A DNA stretch of 32,352 nt from a bacterium (GTDB lineage Bacteria > Desulfobacterota > DSWW01). Shown here piece after piece: positions 16,058 to 25,364 of the stretch. A model generated the notes under the pieces. It was given only the letters and a program-made list of their open reading frames with translations. It ran no database searches and was not told where the DNA came from. The stretch's first letter is position 1. Every line of letters begins with the position of its first letter. The DNA is taken from positions 1 through 32,352 of the forward strand of contig JBFLZG010000148.1 in NCBI GenBank assembly GCA_040756235.1, given 5' to 3'. A program made the translations under genes and the position numbers.

Positions 16058-17401
16058 TCAGGAGAAGAAGCTTCCGACCCGGGCGATCGCCTCGGGCAGC
16101 GTGAAGACGATCACATGATCGCCCAGCTCCAGGTGGTCTTCGCCGCCGGGGATCACGACCTCTTCCCCGCGCACGATGACCCCGATGATCGCCCCCTTGG
16201 GCATGTCGATGTCTTTCAAAAGCCTCCCCAGGAGCCGGCTCTCGGCCGGCACGACCACCTCCAGGACTTCAGCGTTGCTGTGCTCGACCGTGGCCACGGA
16301 GGCTACGCCCGCGGGCCGGACGTATTTCAGGACCGCGCTCGCGGTCGCCAGCCGCGCGCTGACGCAGGCATCCACGCCCAGGGACGGGGCCAGCGTGACG
16401 AATTCGTGCCGGTCCACGAGCGCGATCGCCCGCTTGGCGCCATAGCTCTTGGCCAGCAGCGAGCACAGGATGTTCGACTGCTCGTTCGCGGTCACGGCGA
16501 CATACGCGTCGCAGTTCAAGATGCCTTCATGGTTCAGGGTGTCGATGTCCGTTCCTTCGGTATTGAGCACCACCACGTGGTCCAGGTCCCCGGCCAGGCG
16601 CTCGCAGAGCTGCGCATCCGGTTCGATGAGCTTCACGCGCAGGCCCAGCCCCGCCAGCTTCCGGGCGAGCGCTTCTCCGATGCGCTCGCCGCCCAGGATG
16701 AACACCGTCTTGGAGGGTTGTTTCTCGAATTCGAACAGATAGTTGATGGCCGGTACGTCCTGCTTGTTACAGACAAAGTAGACGATGTCGCCCTCCTGGA
16801 TCACGTCGCCGCCCCGGGGAATGATCGTCTCATGTTGGCGGGCGATGGCCGTGACCACCATCCGGTAGATGCCGCGGATGCCGGCCAGCTCCTCGAGCGT
16901 GATGCCCGCCAGCGGGCTGCCGCGGCGGATCACGTAGCCCAGGAACACCACGCGGCCGTGCGCAAACTCCGACGCTTCGCTGGCGGAGGTGTAGGAGACG
17001 AGCCGGTAGATCTCCTCGGCAACAACGGATTGGGGATTGATCAGCAGGTCGATCCCCAGTCTGCGGGCGTTCTGGGCCCATTCCGCGGTGGTGTACTCGA
17101 GGCTCTTGATGCGCGCGATGATGCGCCGCGTGCCGAAATCGTGGGCCAGCAAACAGGCGACCAGGTTCACCTCGTCCTGATCGGTGACGGCGATGAACAG
17201 GTCCGCGGCGGCCACTCCGGCTTGCGCCAGGGCTTCGGCGCTGGCCCCGCTGCCGCGCACCACCAGGGCGTTGAGCTTGGCCCTGAGGAGCTGCTCTTTT
17301 TCGCGGCTCTTCTCGATCACCGTGACGTCGTGGCCTTCCTTCGAAAGCCGCTCCGCGATATGGAACCCGACCTCGCCGGCACCGATAACGATCACCTTCA
17401 T
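16058..17401 (-). CDS. trkA: Trk system potassium transporter regulatory subunit TrkA
   Basis: Starts MKVIVIGAGEVG with tandem RCK_N/RCK_C domains (447 aa). The ORF track extends it upstream into the SDR gene. Confidence 0.95.
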   Translation of the reverse strand: MKVIVIGAGEVGFHIAERLSKEGHDVTVIEKSREKEQLLRAKLNALVVRGSGASAEALAQAGVAAADLFIAVTDQDEVNLVACLLAHDFGTRRIIARIKSLEYTTAEWAQNARRLGIDLLINPQSVVAEEIYRLVSYTSASEASEFAHGRVVFLGYVIRRGSPLAGITLEELAGIRGIYRMVVTAIARQHETIIPRGGDVIQEGDIVYFVCNKQDVPAINYLFEFEKQPSKTVFILGGERIGEALARKLAGLGLRVKLIEPDAQLCERLAGDLDHVVVLNTEGTDIDTLNHEGILNCDAYVAVTANEQSNILCSLLAKSYGAKRAIALVDRHEFVTLAPSLGVDACVSARLATASAVLKYVRPAGVASVATVEHSNAEVLEVVVPAESRLLGRLLKDIDMPKGAIIGVIVRGEEVVIPGGEDHLELGDHVIVFTLPEAIARVGSFFS

Positions 17402-17472
17402 GATGGCATCCCATTCGGCTGAGGGACAGCCATAGGGACCGATGATGTTCCCAGGCCCGAAGCGCCGCTGCC

Positions 17473-18315
17473 CTAGATCCCCAGGGGGAGCCCGCCGGCC
17501 ACCGGGATCGCCACCCCGGTGAGGAAGCTCGCGCCGGGCCCGGCCAGAAAGACGACCACCTCGGCGACCTCTTCGGGCAACCCGCCCCTGCCCAGGGCCG
17601 CCGGCTCGCCGAAGAGCACCCGCGCCTCTTCCAGGCTCACACCCTTCTGGGCAGCGATGAAGAGGATTTCCGCTTCGCCCATGTCGGTCAGGATGTTGCC
17701 CGGGCATACGGCGTTGCAGCGGATCTTCTGGCAGCCGAACTCGGAGGCGATCGCCTTGGTGAGGCCGACGATGGCGAACTTGGTGGTCACGTATCCTGCA
17801 TACCCGGGCATGGCGGCCAGGCCGAGCCCGGAAGAGTTGTTGATGATCGATCCGCCGCCGCGCTCGATCATCTTCGGGATCACGGCCCGGCAGAAATCCT
17901 TCATTCCTTTCACGTTGACGCGCCAGCTCAGCTCCCAGCTCTCGTCCGGGATCTCCAGAAAGGGCCCGGTGGCGATGGGCGTCCCGGCGTTGTTGAACAG
18001 GATGTCGATCCCGCCGAAGCGCTCGCAGGTCCTCTGCACGCACGCGTGGATCTGGCCCGCTTCCGTCACGTCCACCGCCATGGCCATCCCGTCCGAGCCT
18101 GCCTTGCGGATCTCGTCCACCAGGCTCTCGAGGGCCGCGAGGTCGTCCCCGAGGCCGAGAAACCCTTCGACTTCCAGCTCGGGACGCTTTCTTCCCACGT
18201 CCGTGACGACCACGCGCGCCCCCCGCACGGCCAGCTTGAGGGCGGTGGCGCGCCCCATTCCCTTGGGGCGTCCGGCTCCTGTCACGATGGCGACCTTGCC
18301 TTCCAAGAGTCTCAT
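17473..18315 (-). CDS. SDR family NAD(P)-dependent oxidoreductase
   Basis: TGAGRPKGMG, NNAG, NNSS, YVTTK (YxxxK) and NAVCPG motifs. SD GGAGGAAG. Confidence 0.92.
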   Translation of the reverse strand: MRLLEGKVAIVTGAGRPKGMGRATALKLAVRGARVVVTDVGRKRPELEVEGFLGLGDDLAALESLVDEIRKAGSDGMAMAVDVTEAGQIHACVQRTCERFGGIDILFNNAGTPIATGPFLEIPDESWELSWRVNVKGMKDFCRAVIPKMIERGGGSIINNSSGLGLAAMPGYAGYVTTKFAIVGLTKAIASEFGCQKIRCNAVCPGNILTDMGEAEILFIAAQKGVSLEEARVLFGEPAALGRGGLPEEVAEVVVFLAGPGASFLTGVAIPVAGGLPLGI

Positions 18316-18381
18316 CCTTCTTCCTCCTCCGCTACCCTTGCGCAGAAATGCCCGACCCGACCGCCGCTTATCGCCAGCCTA

Positions 18382-18981
18382 TTAGACCAGGGAGGCGCCC
18401 ACGGAGCGGGCCCGGGACACGAGATCGGCGTTCTTTTGGGCCGAGTCCCTCTCGTTCATGGAGCCGAAGTGGTTCACGAACTCGATTGAAGAGGCGCCAA
18501 GGGCCGTTGGCACCATCTTCAGCCACTCGAACAAGTAGGTGTAGAGCTCCGGGAAGAGCGTCGCCTTCTCCTCGTCGCCGCGGGAGGTCACGATGACGAA
18601 CTTCTTGCCGGACGGGAACGCGGTCTCGTAGGTCGGTTCCCCTGTCTTCGGGTCCACTCCTTCTAAGATGTAGCAGTAGAACCGGTCCGTCATCGCCTTG
18701 ATCTGCGAGCTCACGTGCCACCAGTAGACCGGGGTCCCGAGCACGACGGCATCGCAGCTCTTGAGCTCCTCTAGGATGGGGGACAGATCGTCCTTCTGGA
18801 CGCAGTGGCCGAGTTTCTTCTTGCACCCCTGGCAGGCCTGGCAGCCCTTCATCCGGAGCTCGTTGAGGTTCACGAGGCGCACCTCCGCGCCCCGGCTCTC
18901 GGCCCCCTCGAGGACCGTCTGCACCAGGGCGGCCGTGTTCCCGCTCTTGCGAGGACTTGCGTTGAATCCGATGACTTTCAT
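18382..18981 (-). CDS. Flavodoxin-family iron-sulfur flavoprotein (NADPH-dependent FMN reductase-like)
   Basis: ASPRKSGNT, CQACQGC...C cluster motif, GTPVYW. Alternative ATG at 18987. Confidence 0.88.
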   Translation of the reverse strand: MKVIGFNASPRKSGNTAALVQTVLEGAESRGAEVRLVNLNELRMKGCQACQGCKKKLGHCVQKDDLSPILEELKSCDAVVLGTPVYWWHVSSQIKAMTDRFYCYILEGVDPKTGEPTYETAFPSGKKFVIVTSRGDEEKATLFPELYTYLFEWLKMVPTALGASSIEFVNHFGSMNERDSAQKNADLVSRARSVGASLV

Positions 18982-19026
18982 TTTCATCCTCCTGTGCTCG
19001 GTAACGATCGCTGCTCTTGGCGCACG

Positions 19027-19157
19027 CTTCTGGATCCCGGCTCACACGCGCTCCGCACGGGGGCCGGGATGACGAGGAGAGCCTACCTGCCCGGCCGGTC
19101 TCTTCCGTCATTCCGGCGAACCCCGGATCGGAGTCCGGGGCAGGGGCCGGAATCCAG
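19027..19157. repeat. REP/REPIN-like pair of the same family as 4563-4764
   Basis: cttctggatcccggctcacacgcgctccgcacgggggccgggatgacg is near-identical to 27194-27240. It is followed by ccgtcattccggcgaa[ccccggatcggagtccggggcagg]ggccggaatccag. Confidence 0.8.
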
Positions 19158-19248
19158 TCCCTGCTACGCGGCAATTTCAGCCTCAGGTCTGGTGTCGCGC
19201 TACAGCCCACCACGGGGACGCATGCATCGCCCGCCGCCCCTGCGCTAT

Positions 19249-22005
19249 CTACCTGAGATCGTACGAGCACTCCTTGCCGCCCGGCGGATCGAAGGCCCCG
19301 TTTCCGTCGGCGTCCACGTAGACGGCGTTGGTCACGAACCGCGGGACCCCTTCCGGCTCGAACGAGTCCAGCCCGCGGGGCAGGGGGTTGGCGCCGAAGC
19401 CGGCGATGACGACGTGCGCGTCCCGCGCCACCGGCACGGAGAGCACGGCGTCGTATTTCACGACGGCTGCAGGGTCCGACGCCGCCACCGCGAGGGCCTC
19501 GTCGCAGTTGACGAAGACCACGAAGTGGGTCAGGTCGATTTCGGGAATGCCTTCGATCCGGATCGCCAGATCGACCGAGCCGTCGGTGTCCGTGACGAGA
19601 TCCCCCAGGCCGGCGCTCCCGTCGATCGTGACGCGGGCAAAGGCCCCGTCGCTCACCAGCGCCCGGCCGGCGGCGAGCGCGGCGAAGAGCTCGTCCTCAT
19701 CGAGGGCGGCAGGCTCGTCCGTGGAGGAGGCGAAGTAAATGCGCGGCTGGCCGGGAGCGTCCATGCCGTGGAGGTCGGTGTTTCCGGTTGCGGTCTTTGG
19801 GTGTCCGAGGTTGAGAAAGCTCATCCAGTCGTCGAAGCGGCCGGTCCCCGGCCTTGCGCCGAAGCGGACGAACGGGTTCTCGTGGCCGTTCATGAGCTCG
19901 ACCAGGTCGAAATCCCAGCTCATCAGCTCGGCGTCCGGTTTCAATCCGATCGCCGTGGGGTCGTCGAGCGCCGGCCGGCCGTTCAGCCTGTCGTAGCCGA
20001 TGAGCCTGAGATAGTTCGGGTGATTGAACGCGACGAGGCGCGCTCCCCGCCCCCTGGCCGCTGCCAGGATCTCGGCCATGTCCATGCGGTACCAGCGGAT
20101 GAACCCTCCCCTGCCGTCCAGGTCGAAGCGGGGCTCGAGCCCGTACAGGTTGAAGTGCTCCGGCACCTCGGCGGTGAGCTCGCAGCCGGTGACGGTCGCC
20201 ACCCACTCTCCGAGGCCGGTCTCGTCAATGCCGCTCTGCCAGCTCCCGACGTACTCGTGGTCGGTGCCGGCCGCGACCTCGACCCCCTCGCTCGCTGCCG
20301 TCAGGATCCGGTCCGGGATGGAGACCTGGCTGTCCGGGCTCGGCGCGGCGTGCAGGTGCCCGTCCATGGCCATGAACCCGCTCGTGTCGACGACCCGCTC
20401 CAGACGGACGTCCAGAGGCGCGGCGACGCGCGGAGCGACCGTGATCGAGCCCTGGTAGGTCGCGTACTCGAAGCCCCTCGTCACGCTCACCTCGTACACG
20501 CCGGGCGCGACCGGGCTTCGGCCGGGGCTGCCTGCCGTGAGGATCCGGCAGGCGAGCCGTCCGTCCTGCCACAGGGTGATCCGCGCCGGCAGGCCGCGGT
20601 CCTCGCCGTCCCGCACGTCATAGGCCAGCTCTCCATCGGCCGCGAAGGGTATGGGGAAATCCCGTACGCTCACGGTCGTGAAGAGAGCAGGCTCCGGATC
20701 GGGCCTGCCTTGCGCGTGTGCCGAGACCCGGTACTCGAGGCGCGGGTCCCCGAAATCTGCGATGGACCCGCCGAAGGCGCCAGTCGGACCGCTCTCCATT
20801 CTGTGGAGCGGCCGCCAGGCCCCGTCGAGGTCGCGCGCCTCGACCTCGACGCGCACGCCCGCGATCGGCTCTCCGGTCTCGCCGTCAAATGTGGTGCCCG
20901 CGACCGGCAGCCATTCGTACGGCGCCCACGGGAAGGCCCTGGGAGATGCGTCGCGCAGGGGCCGCTCCGCCGAGTTGCCGTCGGTCGGGCCCACGCTCAG
21001 GAAGTAGGTCACCTGGGCCGTGTCCTGACCGGCGCCCGCCGCACCGAGGCGCAGCGGAGCGAAGAAGCTCCTGGCGTCCAGGGCGGCATCCACGCCGGCG
21101 ACGCTGCCGTTCATGAGGACCGCGTCCTCCATCGCGAAGGCCCACGCTCCCTCGGCGCCGTCCGAGACGGCCGTGAGCCACGGCACGCCCAGCTTGAAGT
21201 CGAATCCCGCTATGTCCCCCCTGAAAAGGTTGTAGAAGCCGACCTCGGTGGTCGGTCCGAACAGGTTGCAGGCGGCCGGGACGATCTCTTGGGGTTGGTC
21301 GAGCAAGTTGCGGTACCGGACGATCACACGGAGCACCGGCGAGTCCGGCGGCAGCACGTAGTCGACCTCCATCCCGAGCCCCAGGGGGCCGCTCATCGCC
21401 TTGGAGGTCCCCTGCAGGAAGGCCTCCGCCATGAGCCGGTACTCGGCCTGCCAGAAGAAGTCGTCGCTCCCGTGGACCCGGACAACCGCATCCCCGCCCG
21501 CGGCCCCGTCATCCAGGATCTCGACCCGGTCACCGCGGAACCCGCGCACCGTGGCGCCGCCCAGGCCCGCGCCGTTCAGGAGCTCGAGGAGGTCGATCCG
21601 CGCCGCCAGGGGCCAGAGCTCCTCGTAGCGCTCCGGTCCTGCCTGCTCGCAGCCGTCGAGGGCGACCGCGTCCACGAGGATCCCGCCGTAGTACCAGTAA
21701 GTGTCGACGTTCCCGGGCCCCGTGACGATGAACGCCGCCCGATCGTTCATAAGGAGGAAGTCGCCCTCCTTGCCGAGGGCCTGGGGACCCTGCATGCCGA
21801 GGTCCGGCCGCTCGATGCGCGCCGCCCGCGCCCGGCCCGGCGCGGGGCATCCTTCCACGAAGAGCGACTTGCCGTCGGGCGGAGGCGTGATGCCGCCCCC
21901 GCTCGGCCCGCCGCCGTCCGAGTCCGAGCATGCGCCGCCCGCTGCCAGGACAAGCAACAGCAGGACGGCGCCGAGCGGCCGCATCTGCCTGCCTCGCATC
22001 TTCAT
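19249..22005 (-). CDS. CehA/McbA-family PHP metallohydrolase lipoprotein with carboxypeptidase-regulatory-like domains
   Basis: Signal peptide with lipobox-like LAAGGAC. PHP motifs DGHLH, TDHE, GCE, EHFN, NHP, ELMNG and TDLH. ATG at 22005 after AGGAGGGAGG. Confidence 0.82.
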   Translation of the reverse strand: MKMRGRQMRPLGAVLLLLVLAAGGACSDSDGGGPSGGGITPPPDGKSLFVEGCPAPGRARAARIERPDLGMQGPQALGKEGDFLLMNDRAAFIVTGPGNVDTYWYYGGILVDAVALDGCEQAGPERYEELWPLAARIDLLELLNGAGLGGATVRGFRGDRVEILDDGAAGGDAVVRVHGSDDFFWQAEYRLMAEAFLQGTSKAMSGPLGLGMEVDYVLPPDSPVLRVIVRYRNLLDQPQEIVPAACNLFGPTTEVGFYNLFRGDIAGFDFKLGVPWLTAVSDGAEGAWAFAMEDAVLMNGSVAGVDAALDARSFFAPLRLGAAGAGQDTAQVTYFLSVGPTDGNSAERPLRDASPRAFPWAPYEWLPVAGTTFDGETGEPIAGVRVEVEARDLDGAWRPLHRMESGPTGAFGGSIADFGDPRLEYRVSAHAQGRPDPEPALFTTVSVRDFPIPFAADGELAYDVRDGEDRGLPARITLWQDGRLACRILTAGSPGRSPVAPGVYEVSVTRGFEYATYQGSITVAPRVAAPLDVRLERVVDTSGFMAMDGHLHAAPSPDSQVSIPDRILTAASEGVEVAAGTDHEYVGSWQSGIDETGLGEWVATVTGCELTAEVPEHFNLYGLEPRFDLDGRGGFIRWYRMDMAEILAAARGRGARLVAFNHPNYLRLIGYDRLNGRPALDDPTAIGLKPDAELMSWDFDLVELMNGHENPFVRFGARPGTGRFDDWMSFLNLGHPKTATGNTDLHGMDAPGQPRIYFASSTDEPAALDEDELFAALAAGRALVSDGAFARVTIDGSAGLGDLVTDTDGSVDLAIRIEGIPEIDLTHFVVFVNCDEALAVAASDPAAVVKYDAVLSVPVARDAHVVIAGFGANPLPRGLDSFEPEGVPRFVTNAVYVDADGNGAFDPPGGKECSYDLR

Positions 22006-22063
22006 CGAGCCTCCCTCCTGAGCGCCTGCCCGTGGCCCGAGGGCCGGCGCCATCCTGCCGGGG

Positions 22064-23170
22064 TCACTTCGCGGTCGCGGCCGTCTCAGGGAGGAAGAAA
22101 AAGATGATGACAAGTATCAGATAGACCGACAGGAGCTGCACCCCCTCGAGCCAGTTCGACTCCCCGTCCGAGGTCACCTGTCCCGTGATGAGGACGGCGA
22201 GGCCGACCGAGATGACCTCGGCGGGCGTGAAGACGAGGTCCATGGCAGCCGGCCCGATCCAGTGACTGGCAAAGACCACGACCGGCGCCACGAACAGCGC
22301 GATCTGGATGCTGCTCCCGAGCGCGACGCCGATGCTCAGGTCCATCTTGTCCTTCCACGCGAAGATCACGGCGCCGCCGTGCTCGGCCGCGTTGCCGATG
22401 ATGGCCACGACGATCACGCCCACGAAAACGCCGGTCATCCCCAGGGCGTGCGCGGCCTGCTCGACCGAGGCCACGAGGGCCTCGCTCACAAGGGCGATGA
22501 AAAGCGTGGAAACAAACAGGACGATGAAGGACCTGCGCACGCTCCAGTGCGCGCCCTCCGGTTCCGCCTCGGCTCCGTTCCGGTCCGGTCCGGGGGAGAA
22601 CAGGTGCTTGTGGGTACGGAGCGCGAACAGGAGCCCGAGCAGATAGGTCACGATCAGGACCACGGAGATCTCGAGGCTCAGGTCCGCCTCCCGCGGCCCA
22701 CCCCCCGGACCCGCCAGGTAGTGGTACATGGCCGGCAGGATGAGCGCGCTGGCGGCCAGGGTCAGGGTGGTCGCATAAGTGCCCGCCGCGCCCGGGCTGA
22801 ACCGCTGGGTCTTGTAGCGCACACCCCCGGCTGCGAAGGAGACCCCCAGGACGAGCAGCAGGTTCCCCAGGATGGACCCGGTCAGAGAAGCCTTGACCAC
22901 GCTCGTCAGCCCCTTCTCCAGGGCCATCATGGCGATGATGAGCTCGGCCGCATTGCCGAAGGTCGCGTTGAGCAGGCCCCCGATCGTCTCGCTGGTCCTG
23001 GCGGCGAGCGCCTCCGTGGCCTTTCCCAGCAGCCCGGCAAGGGGAATGACGGCCAGGCAGGCGAAGAAGAAGAGAAGGGTGCGGCTGCCGCGCTCCGCAT
23101 ACTCCAGATAAAGGGTGATGGGGACGAAGATCAGGAGGTGGTTGAGCGAGGGTTTCAGGTACCGAACCAA
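22064..23170 (-). CDS. cax: Calcium/proton exchanger (CaCA family)
   Basis: Alpha-repeat motifs LNATFGNAAELI and IIGNAAEH, GSSIQIALF, DGESNWLEG. Probable TTG start after GGAG. Confidence 0.92.
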   Translation of the reverse strand: MVRYLKPSLNHLLIFVPITLYLEYAERGSRTLLFFFACLAVIPLAGLLGKATEALAARTSETIGGLLNATFGNAAELIIAMMALEKGLTSVVKASLTGSILGNLLLVLGVSFAAGGVRYKTQRFSPGAAGTYATTLTLAASALILPAMYHYLAGPGGGPREADLSLEISVVLIVTYLLGLLFALRTHKHLFSPGPDRNGAEAEPEGAHWSVRRSFIVLFVSTLFIALVSEALVASVEQAAHALGMTGVFVGVIVVAIIGNAAEHGGAVIFAWKDKMDLSIGVALGSSIQIALFVAPVVVFASHWIGPAAMDLVFTPAEVISVGLAVLITGQVTSDGESNWLEGVQLLSVYLILVIIFFFLPETAATAK

Positions 23171-23201
23171 GGATCGCTCCAGTAAGGTGTCCGCCGCCTG
23201 C

Positions 23202-24194
23202 TCAATGCAGGTGCCTGCCCACGAGAGCATAGCACAGGGCGGCGATGAAGGCGGACATCGGAATCGTCAGGACCCACGCCCACAGGATCTGCCCGGCCAC
23301 GATCCACCGCACGGACCGTCGCCTCGTGACGAGGCCCACCCCGAGGATCCCGCCGGTGATCGTGTGGGTCGTCGAGACCGGTATGCCCAGCTCGGAGACC
23401 CCCAGGATCGTCACACCGCCCGCGGTCTCGGCGCAAAAGCCGTTCATGGGCGTGAGCTTGGTCAGCTTCATGCCCATGGTGCGCACGATCCGGAAGCCGC
23501 CGGCCATGGTTCCGGCGGCGATCATCGCGTGGCAGAGGAAGATGATCCAGATCGGCATGGGGCTGCTCTCCGTGAGGTGCCCCCCCGCGACCAGCAGCGC
23601 GAACAGGATGCCCATGGTCTTCTGGGCGTCGTTGGTGCCGTGGGAGAAGGAGTAGATTCCCGAGGACAGCAGCTGGAGCCTCTTGAAGAAGACGTTGAGC
23701 TTCCTTGGCGACTTGCGGGCGGCCAGGCGCATGACGAGGACCTGCATCCCGCTGCTCAGGGCGAGCCCGATCACGGGGGAGAGCACGATGAAGATCGCGA
23801 TCTTGATCAGCCCTGCCGGCATGAGCTGCGTCCAGCCGCCGAAAGCGATCGCAGCTCCCGCGTAGCCGCCGATCAGCGCGTGGGAGGACGAGGAGGGGAG
23901 CCCGAGCCACCACGTCACCAGGTCCCAGACGATGGCTCCGATCAGGCCGCACAGGATCACCGGGACGGTCACGGCCTCGGGATGGACCACGCCCTTGCCC
24001 ACGGTCATGGCCACCTTCACGCCAAAGGTGAACGCCGCCGCGAAGTTGAAGAAGGCCGCCCAGGCAACGGCGACCCGCGGGCTCAGGACCCGGGTGGAGA
24101 CCACCGTGGCGATGGAGTTCGCCGCATCGTGAAAGCCGTTCACGAAGTCGAAGGCAAGGGCCACCAGGAAGGTGATCAGGATCAGCAGATCCAT
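23202..24194 (-). CDS. pit: Inorganic phosphate transporter (PiT family)
   Basis: NGFHDAANSIAT, GLPSSSSHA, HGTNDAQK and PVSTTH motifs. TGATG overlap with DUF47. Confidence 0.95.
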   Translation of the reverse strand: MDLLILITFLVALAFDFVNGFHDAANSIATVVSTRVLSPRVAVAWAAFFNFAAAFTFGVKVAMTVGKGVVHPEAVTVPVILCGLIGAIVWDLVTWWLGLPSSSSHALIGGYAGAAIAFGGWTQLMPAGLIKIAIFIVLSPVIGLALSSGMQVLVMRLAARKSPRKLNVFFKRLQLLSSGIYSFSHGTNDAQKTMGILFALLVAGGHLTESSPMPIWIIFLCHAMIAAGTMAGGFRIVRTMGMKLTKLTPMNGFCAETAGGVTILGVSELGIPVSTTHTITGGILGVGLVTRRRSVRWIVAGQILWAWVLTIPMSAFIAALCYALVGRHLH

Positions 24195-24823
24195 CAGAAG
24201 TGCTCCAGCACGATGCGCTCCACGATGTTGGCGATGTCCTCGCACTGGTCGATCGCCTGCTCCACCGACTCATAGATCTCCTTCAGCTTGATCACGTTGA
24301 GCGGGTCGTTGGCATTCTCCCGGAAGAGCTCGCTCAACCCGGCATGGTTCAGGCCGTCCCCTTCGTTCTCCAGGCGGTGGATCTCCTTGATGATCTCGCG
24401 CAGCTCGGTGACACTCTTCGGCTTGCGCAGGAGCTTGACCGCCGCCACGACCTGCTCCTGGGCGCGCAGCAGGACCTGGCTCATCCCCTTGAGCTTTTCA
24501 GGCATGCTCCTGACTTCGAAGAGGACCAGCCGCTTGGCGGCCCTCTCGATGGAATCCATGACATCATCCATCTTGGAAATGATCCCCAGGATCTCGTCCC
24601 GGTCCAGAGGCGTGATGAAGGTCCGGTGCAGCAGGTCGATGGTCATGTGGGCAATCGAGTCGCACTCGTGCTCCAATTCCTCGATCCGCCTCACCCGGCC
24701 GGCGATCTGGGGCCATTCCTGGGCGACCCCCGCAAAGCTCCTGGCACCGTCCAGGGTCGTCGCCGCGTGCCGATTGAGAAGATCGAAAAACCCGTACTGG
24801 GTGCCGATCAATTTTTCAAACAT
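24194..24823 (-). CDS. DUF47 / PhoU-like PiT accessory protein
   Basis: ELEHECD, FITPLDRDEI, LENEGD and AIDQCED motifs. Directly upstream of pit, with SD AGGAG. Confidence 0.92.
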   Translation of the reverse strand: MFEKLIGTQYGFFDLLNRHAATTLDGARSFAGVAQEWPQIAGRVRRIEELEHECDSIAHMTIDLLHRTFITPLDRDEILGIISKMDDVMDSIERAAKRLVLFEVRSMPEKLKGMSQVLLRAQEQVVAAVKLLRKPKSVTELREIIKEIHRLENEGDGLNHAGLSELFRENANDPLNVIKLKEIYESVEQAIDQCEDIANIVERIVLEHF

Positions 24824-24961
24824 CTCGGAATCTCCTGATGGCCGGAGCGGCCGGGAGCTCAAAGGATGCTCGCGGTAAGCAGGCAGGGAAGCGACAGTCT
24901 CTTATAATGGAGGCCCGGAGTCAACCGCCCGGATGTTAGAAGCGAGCGGCGTGAGCACTCG

Positions 24962-24993
24962 GTAGGGTGGACAAAGCCGCAGGCGTGTCCACC
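24962..24993 (+). repeat. GTAG-type REP palindrome
   Basis: GTAG G GTGGACA aagccgcaggcg TGTCCAC C. Confidence 0.6.
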
Positions 24994-25364
24994 AACCCCG
25001 GCTGCCGACTCGCGAGCGTGGCGATCCCCCCATAACAGGTGGGTTGACAGATCGTCTACGTGCGGTGGGTGCACGCCCTCGATCGTCTCGGGCTCAGAAC
25101 GCTCCGGCCGGTTCTCCTCCAAAGGGGAGGAGACTGCGGCCCTTCGGGCGGATCGCCCGTTTCGTCCCTCGCTCCGGGCCGGGTGTTCTCGGGACGCACG
25201 CGCCTGACGGATGTGGTATTCGAGAAACAGCGCTGCGTTCCACCGGCCTGTCGGAGCTCGGGACGACCTCCGCGACTCGCCCTCGCCTCCTCGTGCGCAC
25301 ACCCACCGCACTCCTGCCAGGACCCTCGCAGGGTGCGAGCACGGCGATCTCTGTGACGGATCTG

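Noticed and set aside
17402..18043. N-terminal extension making TrkA a 661-aa fusion
   Set aside because: An alternative frame of the SDR gene. TrkA homology begins at MKVIVIGAG (17401).
18805..22107. 1100-aa plus-strand ORF
   Set aside because: Antisense shadow of the PHP lipoprotein in high-GC DNA, with no recognisable motifs.
24859..25364. ORFs between DUF47 and the CDF gene
   Set aside because: Arg/Pro-rich translations without motifs, overlapping REP and hairpin DNA.
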